DNA from: Bacteroidota bacterium
Lineage (GTDB): Bacteria; Bacteroidota; Bacteroidia; Flavobacteriales; BACL11
Direction of reading: 5' to 3'
Assembly (NCBI GenBank): GCA_036339955.1
Contig: JAYYZX010000019.1
Span: forward strand, 11,913 to 75,912
Length of the DNA: 64,000 nucleotides
The translations under genes and the position numbers were made by a program. The first letter of the stretch is position 1. The number at the start of each line of letters is the position of its first letter. Positions 57,685-64,000 of the stretch are shown piece by piece. The notes under the pieces were generated by a model. The model searched no databases and had not been told where the DNA came from. It was given only the letters and a program-made list of their open reading frames with translations.

Positions 57685-57830
57685 GTCAAATATTTTTTCA
57701 ATTGATATGCTAATATAGATAATCCTACCGCAACTAATACATCAGCTATAGGAGGAACATTAGGCCATCCATAGTTCCATATACAAACTAACAAAAGCCA
57801 AATAAACCAAGTCTTGTTAAATAGCTTCAT
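57681..57830 (-). CDS. Small two-helix membrane protein, 49 aa (below the ORF-track cutoff)
   Basis: My translation is MKLFNKTWFIWLLLVCIWNYGWPNVPPIADVLVAVGLSILAYQLKKYLT*. The ATG overlaps the PAP2 3' end by 14 nt. The stop forms ATGA with the pafA start. It fills what would otherwise be the only gap in this gene string. Confidence 0.55.
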   Translation of the reverse strand: MKLFNKTWFIWLLLVCIWNYGWPNVPPIADVLVAVGLSILAYQLKKYLT

Positions 57831-58362
57831 CTAGTTTAAATTTTAATAATATATATACAAATACACTAACTATAAAACCCCAACATATTCCACCTAATAT
57901 ATCTGATGGAAAATGCACTCCTAAGTATATCCTACTTATCCCAATCATGAAGGACCATACTGTAAGCCATAAAAAGAGTTGCTTATTTTTAAATAAAAAA
58001 TGTAGAAAAAAAGTTAGCGCAAATGTATTTGAGGCATGTGATGAAATAAAGCCATATAATCCGCCACAATTTTCTACAATTCTAACATTTTCTAATTGAT
58101 AGCACGGCCTTAATCTCTCAAAAACATTTTTAAATAGATGGACACTGCCTTGATCAGCAATTAATATTAAAAGTATTAGTGAAATTAATATCCATATGAA
58201 CTTATTTGAAAATTTCTTGTAAATCAAATAAAGAAGATAAATATAAAGAGGTATCCAAGCCCATTTAGACGATATTAGAATCATTATAGGATCTAGGAAC
58301 TTACCTCCATTTGAGTTGATTAATTCAAATAGATATAAATCGATATTAAGTATCCATTCCAT
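57817..58362 (-). CDS. PAP2-family phosphatase (phosphatidic acid / undecaprenyl-diphosphate phosphatase-like)
   Basis: 181 aa membrane protein with the tripartite PAP2 motif ERLRPC, FISSHAS and SRIYLGVHFPSD. Confidence 0.8.
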   Translation of the reverse strand: MEWILNIDLYLFELINSNGGKFLDPIMILISSKWAWIPLYIYLLYLIYKKFSNKFIWILISLILLILIADQGSVHLFKNVFERLRPCYQLENVRIVENCGGLYGFISSHASNTFALTFFLHFLFKNKQLFLWLTVWSFMIGISRIYLGVHFPSDILGGICWGFIVSVFVYILLKFKLDEAI

Positions 58363-58364
58363 TT

Positions 58365-59363
58365 TTAACTATTTATTTTTTTCCAGATCTCATCTTTTAA
58401 CTCAGTTATGCCTTCTTGAGATACTGAGGATATAAAAATAGCAGATATATGTTTAGGTAACTGTTTTTTTATTTCATCTTTTAATTCATTATCTAAAAGA
58501 TCAGATTTACTTATTGCTAGAATTCTTTCTTTATCTAAAAGTTCTGGATTATACTTTTTTAGTTCTTCAAGTAATATTTTGTATTCTTTCTCAATATTAT
58601 CACTATCTCCAGGAACTAAGAATAAAAGTGTAGAATTTCTTTCAATATGTTTTAAGAACCGAGTCCCTAAACCTTTCCCTTCAGCTGCTCCTTCAATAAT
58701 TCCTGGGATATCTGCCATAATGAAAGATTTATGATCACGATATTCTACAATGCCTAAATTTGGCACTAATGTTGTAAAAGCATAATCTCCTATCTCAGGT
58801 TTTGCTGCAGAAACTGTGGAAAGTAAAGTAGATTTACCTGCATTAGGAAATCCAACTAATCCAACATCAGCTAATACTTTGAGCTCTAATATATGCCATC
58901 CTTCTTCTCCTTTCATTCCAGGCTGCGCATAGCGTGGAGTTTGATTGGTAGAGGATTTAAAATGAGAATTACCACGACCTCCCATACCTCCTTTTATTAG
59001 TATTTTTTCTTCTTGATCTTCTGTAATCTCAAAGATAATTTTCTCTGTCTCTGCATTTTTTGCTACTGTTCCTAAGGGGACATCTAAGATTTGACTTTCT
59101 CCATCTTTCCCATATTTGTTATTACTACCTCCATCACTCCCATTTTTTGCAAAAATATGTTTCTTGTATTTAAGATGTAACAAGGTCCACATCTGTTCAT
59201 TTCCCCTGAGAATAATATGCCCACCGTGTCCCCCATCACCACCATCAGGACCTCCTTTAGCAGTTGTTCTGTCTCTATGTAGATGTGTAGATCCAGCCCC
59301 TCCTTTACCAGAGCGAAACAAGATTTTTACATAATCAATAAAGTTAGAATTTTTGACTTTCAT
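58365..59363 (-). CDS. obg: GTPase Obg/CgtA
   Basis: 332 aa. Gly-rich Obg fold ([23 protein letters not shown]) and G-domain motifs [15 protein letters not shown] and SKSD. Confidence 0.9.
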   Translation of the reverse strand: MKVKNSNFIDYVKILFRSGKGGAGSTHLHRDRTTAKGGPDGGDGGHGGHIILRGNEQMWTLLHLKYKKHIFAKNGSDGGSNNKYGKDGESQILDVPLGTVAKNAETEKIIFEITEDQEEKILIKGGMGGRGNSHFKSSTNQTPRYAQPGMKGEEGWHILELKVLADVGLVGFPNAGKSTLLSTVSAAKPEIGDYAFTTLVPNLGIVEYRDHKSFIMADIPGIIEGAAEGKGLGTRFLKHIERNSTLLFLVPGDSDNIEKEYKILLEELKKYNPELLDKERILAISKSDLLDNELKDEIKKQLPKHISAIFISSVSQEGITELKDEIWKKINS

Positions 59364-59936
59364 TTAGAGTGTATCAATTACTTCATTTAGGTTTTCTGCG
59401 ATAGTATTGATTGAGCCTTCTCCAGGTACTTCTCTTAATTTATTTTGTTCTGCATAATATTCTTTTAGAGGAGCAGTTTTGTTGTTATATTCTTGAATTC
59501 TATTTGCAATAATGTCTTTATTTTGATCATCTGCTCTTCCGGATGATTCTCCTCTCTCTAATAATCTACGTATAAGTTCTTCATCTTCTACTTGTAAAGA
59601 AAGCATAGCTGAAATAGATGTTCCTTTTTTTGCTAATAATTTATCTAATTCTTCTGCTTGTGCTGTTGTCCTTGGGAAGCCATCAAATATAAATCCGTTA
59701 GCCTCTGGATTGCCATCTAATTTTACAGACATCATTCCGATTACAACTTTGTCTGGCACTAAAAGACCTTGATCCATTAACTTTTTTGCTTCCATCCCTA
59801 AGGCTGTTCCTACAGATATCTCACTCCTTAAAATATCTCCAGTAGAAAGATGTACTAATTTATACTTTTCTATTAATAAGTTAGACTGAGTCCCTTTGCC
59901 TGCTCCTGGAGGTCCAAATAATACTAAATTTAACAT
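59364..59936 (-). CDS. adk: Adenylate kinase
   Basis: 190 aa. P-loop GPPGAGKGTQ and FDGFPRT. Short lid, no Zn finger. Confidence 0.9.
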   Translation of the reverse strand: MLNLVLFGPPGAGKGTQSNLLIEKYKLVHLSTGDILRSEISVGTALGMEAKKLMDQGLLVPDKVVIGMMSVKLDGNPEANGFIFDGFPRTTAQAEELDKLLAKKGTSISAMLSLQVEDEELIRRLLERGESSGRADDQNKDIIANRIQEYNNKTAPLKEYYAEQNKLREVPGEGSINTIAENLNEVIDTL

Positions 59937-59939
59937 TGA

Positions 59940-60476
59940 TTATTCTTTTAATTTATAAATGTGTGGCAAATTACGGCCAAATTCATCATAATCCAAGCCA
60001 TATCCTACTACAAAATTATTAGGGATCTCTTTACCTATGTAATCAATCTGAATTTCTTTTTTATAGGCTTTAGGCTTAAAAAGGAGAGTAGCAATTTTCA
60101 GACTTTGGATATTTTTATTTTCTAACATTGATACAATTTTTTCTAAAGTGCTTCCTGTATCAATGATGTCTTCTAATATAATTACATTTCTTCCACCAAT
60201 ATTATCACTAAGACCTATCAATTCTTGAATGTTCCCAGTACTTTTTGTTCCTTCATATGAAGCTAGCTTAATAAAAGAAATTTCAGAATCTTTTAGTACA
60301 ATTTGCCTCATGATATCTGCTGCAAATAAAAAAGCTCCATTCATAACAGCAATAAAAAGAGGCTTTTCAGTGTCTGTAGCATTTATTTTATTTGCTATTT
60401 CTGAAACAATATCGCTTATCTCTTCTTTTGAGATATATTGTTGAAATGTTTTATCATGAAGCGTAATACTATTCAT
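59940..60476 (-). CDS. hpt: Hypoxanthine phosphoribosyltransferase
   Basis: 178 aa. PRPP loop VIILEDIIDTGSTL and the C-terminal VGYGLDY. Confidence 0.85.
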   Translation of the reverse strand: MNSITLHDKTFQQYISKEEISDIVSEIANKINATDTEKPLFIAVMNGAFLFAADIMRQIVLKDSEISFIKLASYEGTKSTGNIQELIGLSDNIGGRNVIILEDIIDTGSTLEKIVSMLENKNIQSLKIATLLFKPKAYKKEIQIDYIGKEIPNNFVVGYGLDYDEFGRNLPHIYKLKE

Positions 60477-60486
60477 AGTTTCTTCA

Positions 60487-60678
60487 TTATTTTTTCCAGG
60501 TTGATGAGTTTAAATTTATTTGTGTTGTGGCTTCTGCTATTATTTTTATGGATTTATAGTTTGTCCCATGCTTTTCATTATACTCCCTATGCGCATTATC
60601 GCAAAAGGGCAGTAGCTGACTGAATCCACATGAACAGATGCTATACTTTCTTCCTTTATGTAATTTTACTTTTTTCAT
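60487..60678 (-). CDS. CDGSH-type iron-sulfur domain protein (single domain)
   Basis: 63 aa. CSCGFSQLLPFCDNAH fits C-x-C-x2-S-x3-P-x-C-D-x-A-H, with Asn in place of the usual Gly. Confidence 0.7.
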   Translation of the reverse strand: MKKVKLHKGRKYSICSCGFSQLLPFCDNAHREYNEKHGTNYKSIKIIAEATTQINLNSSTWKK

Positions 60679-60679
60679 T

Positions 60680-62383
60680 TTAGCTAAGCCATTTTTTTCT
60701 TAATGATAATTGTTCTTGATTAGCATTCTCATCTTTTTCAAATATTAATAATTTATAGCAATTACTAATAGGCAATGTAATTTCTTTTTCTGAAAACTTC
60801 TTTTTTATTATAAAGTTAACCTTGTCCTTACAATCTTTTAAATAATCTTTCAGGCCATCTCTTTTCTTTCCATCAATGAGTGTAATTTCATCTCCTACAG
60901 CAATATTGTTTTGATCTGCTACAGAGTTAGGTTCTACTAATCTAATTATTATTTTACTATTTTCTTTTATCGCTACAAACCCAAAATATTGTGCAGAAAG
61001 ATTAGGATTCTTCTTTGGTTCTAATGTTAACCCAATAAATTCTAAAGCTTTTTTTAATGATGGAATGTAATCTTTTGTATCATAGATATGATTGTTAAAA
61101 ATATTCTCTATCTCATTCCCGCCATAATGAGCACATATATCACGAAAATCTTTTTCTGTATACCCTTTGTTTTGCAGCGCAAACTTTTCATACATGTCCT
61201 TCATAACCGAGTGTAGAGAATCTTGTCCATTTGTATTTTTAATAATATGTAGATCAATCATCAACATGCAAAGAGCACCATCTGGATATATTGAATTTTT
61301 CCTATTAGGTATTCCTAACTTATAGCCATCTAACCAATTATCAAAACCACTATCAGCAACAGATAAATTCTTTCTGCCATAGTTCATAAGATGTCTTTCT
61401 AAATTCTGATTTTGTGTTTTAATAAATTGATCCCAGTCAAAAACTCCAGAGTTATAAAGCATAACATCTCCCATATATGTTGTTACTCCTTCAGCTACAT
61501 ATCCTGTTCTAAAATAATTTTCTTTAGTATAATCATAAGGGTACATTTCTACTGGTCGTATAGCTTTTATATTCCAGCTATGATACAGTTCATGTGAGCT
61601 TACTCCCAATAATTCTTCATATCTATCTTCGTTAATTTTATCTGCTGGTCCTAATAGTATAACAGTATTATTAGTATGCTCTACACCATGGTAGGATTTA
61701 TATGGAGTTATTTGAAATAAAAAGTGATATTCTTTTGTTGGGAAATCTCCAAAATGTTTTATCTGACTCTCTGTGAAAGCTTGAAAATCTTTTAGTATCA
61801 CTTCCCATTTAGGAGTACATGGTCCTTGCATCCAAATATTAAAAGGAACCCCGCCAATCTCATAACTATTATGTTGTATATTATTAGAAGCTATCATTGG
61901 GCACTCGGCAAGCTCATCAAAACAATTTGCTTTTAGAATATGTTTGTCTAGCTTTTCTAAACCACATGCAATTATATAGTTTTGTGGAATATCAAATTTT
62001 ATATGATATTCTTCTTGTTCCCTTCCAACTATATAGTAGCAGCAATTTACAGGGTTTAGATATAATTGACTTTCGTCTAAATAACTAGCTCCCGCGTCTA
62101 ATTGATTTGCATAGTATGTATAACGAATGGTTATTGTATTTGTATTCTGTGTTTGTACCTCCCATAGATCTTTCGTTAATTTTTGGAATGAAAGATTTTC
62201 TCCATTTTCGTTGAAAGCATCCCACTTTTGAATGTTTTGCGCATAATTGGCAAGTTCATATCTTCCGGGACGCCATGCAGGAAGCTGCAGTAGCATGCTC
62301 TTTTGACCATTTGTATTTGTAGAAAATTCAAAGTCGATAAAATGCCTATGAGGGTTATTATATGAAATATTATAATGAATCAT
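60680..62383 (-). CDS. M61 family metallopeptidase (glycyl-aminopeptidase-like) with C-terminal PDZ domain
   Basis: 567 aa. HELYHSWN zinc motif. The N-terminus YNNPHRHFIDFEF is typical of M61. PDZ-like segment GDEITLIDGKK. Confidence 0.75.
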   Translation of the reverse strand: MIHYNISYNNPHRHFIDFEFSTNTNGQKSMLLQLPAWRPGRYELANYAQNIQKWDAFNENGENLSFQKLTKDLWEVQTQNTNTITIRYTYYANQLDAGASYLDESQLYLNPVNCCYYIVGREQEEYHIKFDIPQNYIIACGLEKLDKHILKANCFDELAECPMIASNNIQHNSYEIGGVPFNIWMQGPCTPKWEVILKDFQAFTESQIKHFGDFPTKEYHFLFQITPYKSYHGVEHTNNTVILLGPADKINEDRYEELLGVSSHELYHSWNIKAIRPVEMYPYDYTKENYFRTGYVAEGVTTYMGDVMLYNSGVFDWDQFIKTQNQNLERHLMNYGRKNLSVADSGFDNWLDGYKLGIPNRKNSIYPDGALCMLMIDLHIIKNTNGQDSLHSVMKDMYEKFALQNKGYTEKDFRDICAHYGGNEIENIFNNHIYDTKDYIPSLKKALEFIGLTLEPKKNPNLSAQYFGFVAIKENSKIIIRLVEPNSVADQNNIAVGDEITLIDGKKRDGLKDYLKDCKDKVNFIIKKKFSEKEITLPISNCYKLLIFEKDENANQEQLSLRKKWLS

Positions 62384-62390
62384 TGTGGAG

Positions 62391-62398
62391 CAAAAATA
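62391..62398 (-). promoter_or_regulatory. -7 promoter box TAnnTTTG upstream of the M61-to-aroA gene string
   Basis: The minus strand reads tatttttg. Its G is 7 nt before ATG 62383. Confidence 0.4.
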
Positions 62399-62425
62399 CA
62401 GTATTTTTAAGGATGTAAAATTTCT

Positions 62426-62433
62426 TACATTTG
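62426..62433 (+). promoter_or_regulatory. -7 promoter box TAnnTTTG upstream of the GT9 gene
   Basis: tacatttg, 22 nt upstream of ATG 62456. Confidence 0.4.
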
Positions 62434-62455
62434 CTATCTTGAGAAAACATTAATA

Positions 62456-63679
62456 ATGAAACTAGAAGATTTAAAGTTTGATTGCAAACATTTCCTGGGT
62501 CATATACCTTGTAAGCCTAATAAATCACATGATGTATCCTGTAATCAATGTACATATTACGAATCTTTAGAGACTCCAAAAGAGATATTGAACTCCTCTA
62601 CTGATTTAATAAAAGATATTTTCCGTATTTGTGAATTTGATTTTCAAAGTATAGAAAAGGTTAGTGAATCTCATGCTGATACCGCTGCAACAAAGAAAGT
62701 ATTATTTATAAAACTTGGGGCTATTGGTGATGTTATTAGAACTACGCCACTACTTACCAGATTTAAGAAAGAATATGGTGATTGTCATTTTACATGGGTC
62801 ACACATACTCCACAAGTATTACCATTAGATAAGGTAGATAAGATATATAAATGGGAAGCTTCATCGGTGGCTACTATTGCAGATCAAGAGTATGATATTG
62901 CGATTAATTTAGATAAAGATGAAGAAGCCTGTATGTTATTAGCTGCAATTGAGGCTAAAGAGAAGTATGGTTTTACTTGGAATGGAAATCATATTGATAT
63001 TGCTACACCTAAAGCAGAGCACAAATTAATTACTGGACTCTTTGATCATATCTCAAAGAAGAATACTCTAAACTATTTAGAAGAGATTTTTGATATCTGT
63101 CATTTTGATTTTCAGAAAGAAGAGTATATGATTAATTTAAATCATGATTTGAGTGAAAAATGGGATAACGTATTTTCTCAATTAGCTGGAGATAAGACAA
63201 TAGTTGGACTTAATACCGGATGTGGGGAGAGGTGGCAAACGAGGCTTTGGCCAAAAAAATATTGGGTAGATCTTATTGCTAAATTACAAAGGAAAGGATA
63301 TTTCTGTTTACTAATGGGAGGACCACAGGAGCATGATATGAATCGGTATTATTCTAAAAAGACAGGAGCTACATATTTAGGGTATTTTTCTTTAGAAGAA
63401 TTTATTGCTATCACAGACAATGTAGATATTGTTGTGACTCCGGTGAGTATGATGATGCATATTGCCTTGGCATTAAAAAAACAATTAATGTTATTCCATA
63501 ACATCTTTAATGTACACGAGTTTGAATTGTATAATAGGGGAATTATTATAGAGCCAACTTCTGGATGTGACTGTTATTTTGGAAATACTTGTGCTAGAAA
63601 AAAAAGTTGCATGTTTGATATCTCCGTACAAGATGTTTTGAGTAATATTGTACAATTAAATAAGAACCTAAATAATTAA
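62456..63679 (+). CDS. Glycosyltransferase family 9 (heptosyltransferase-like) with about 80-aa Cys/His-containing N-terminal extension
   Basis: 407 aa. GT9 core starts at VLFIKLGAIGDVIRTTPLL, followed by GLNTGCGERW...LMGGPQE and the C-terminal Cys motif SGCDCYFGNTCARKKSCM. The N-terminus reads FDCKHFLGHIPCKPNKSHDVSCNQCTYY. Confidence 0.7.
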   Translation: MKLEDLKFDCKHFLGHIPCKPNKSHDVSCNQCTYYESLETPKEILNSSTDLIKDIFRICEFDFQSIEKVSESHADTAATKKVLFIKLGAIGDVIRTTPLLTRFKKEYGDCHFTWVTHTPQVLPLDKVDKIYKWEASSVATIADQEYDIAINLDKDEEACMLLAAIEAKEKYGFTWNGNHIDIATPKAEHKLITGLFDHISKKNTLNYLEEIFDICHFDFQKEEYMINLNHDLSEKWDNVFSQLAGDKTIVGLNTGCGERWQTRLWPKKYWVDLIAKLQRKGYFCLLMGGPQEHDMNRYYSKKTGATYLGYFSLEEFIAITDNVDIVVTPVSMMMHIALALKKQLMLFHNIFNVHEFELYNRGIIIEPTSGCDCYFGNTCARKKSCMFDISVQDVLSNIVQLNKNLNN

Positions 63680-63682
63680 TTT

Positions 63683-64000
63683 ATGAATTTTGATGTAATT
63701 GTTATTGGTAGTGGTCCAGGTGGCTATGTAACCGCTATTCGTGCTTCACAATTGGGACTAAAAACAGCTATTGTTGAAAAAGAAAGTCTTGGTGGAGTTT
63801 GTCTGAATTGGGGATGTATCCCTACTAAAGCTTTATTAAAAAGCGCTCAAGTTTTTGAGTATATGAACCATGCAGATGATTATGGCATAAAAGTAAAAGG
63901 TGTTGAAGCAGATTTCTCTGCAATTATTAGCAGAAGTCGTGATGTAGCTAATAATATGAGTGGGGGGATTTCTTATTTAATGAAAAAAAATAAAATTAAA
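63683..64000 (+). CDS. lpd: Dihydrolipoyl dehydrogenase, N-terminal 106 codons (continues beyond the window end)
   Basis: Absent from the ORF track because it is open at 64000. My translation reads MNFDVIVIGSGPGGYVTAIRASQLGLKTAIVEKESLGGVCLNWGCIPTKALL..., with the FAD-binding GxGxxG and the redox-active CLNWGC disulfide. Confidence 0.85.
   Translation, partial: MNFDVIVIGSGPGGYVTAIRASQLGLKTAIVEKESLGGVCLNWGCIPTKALLKSAQVFEYMNHADDYGIKVKGVEADFSAIISRSRDVANNMSGGISYLMKKNKIK

Noticed and set aside
1-64000. Search for CRISPR arrays, IS elements, integrases next to the two tRNAs, prophage or toxin-antitoxin modules, and long direct or inverted repeats
   Set aside because: None were seen by eye. The spacers are too short (mostly under 110 nt) to hide such elements. 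Both tRNAs are flanked by ordinary genes. The only tandem repeat noticed is the 9-nt duplication inside the receptor gene (1081-1098). Long-range repeats cannot be excluded without a computational self-comparison.

Overview
AT-rich (about 30% GC by eye), very gene-dense chromosomal segment from a Bacteroidota organism, probably a Flavobacteriia-like gliding/T9SS bacterium. I call 61 protein genes and 2 tRNAs (Val-UAC, Glu-UUC). Two genes are cut by the window edges and are absent from the ORF track. Two more are sub-60-aa ORFs that I read directly from the sequence. I found no rRNA, CRISPR array, transposase, integrase, prophage or recognisable defence island. Most of the content is housekeeping. 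This includes folC, murF, lipA, gatB, proS, rpsT, upp, aroA/aroB, obg, adk, hpt, lpxH/lpxK, ispF, ung, rmuC, rlmB, msrA and lpd. It is packed into long strings of genes with 0-10 nt spacers or overlapping stop/start codons. Envelope and transport content is a core T9SS/gliding locus (gldJ plus a porP/sprF-like gene, divergent from porU-porV), two T9SS-tailed cargo proteins (a 1130-aa M43 metalloprotease and an LVIVD-repeat protein), exbB-exbD-tonB, a Wza/Wzz-like pair, a phosphate porin plus Na/Pi transporter, and a PafA-type phosphatase plus PAP2. I cannot point to a clear new system. The best candidates for uncharacterised biology are four. (1) A lipoprotein with an extremely Tyr/Trp-rich core and a polybasic tail, 1 nt upstream of a FadL-like barrel (48174-50463). 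(2) A His-rich-loop TonB-dependent receptor preceded by a Cys-rich anchored protein (1-2481). (3) Two unlisted small ORFs that look translationally coupled to lipA and pafA. (4) A recurrent arrangement in which the Bacteroidota -7 promoter box TAnnTTTG ends 4-7 nt before the ATG, implying leaderless mRNAs, together with tRNA genes that appear to act as 5' leaders of protein genes. All product calls rest on motif recognition in the supplied translations. No database search was run.
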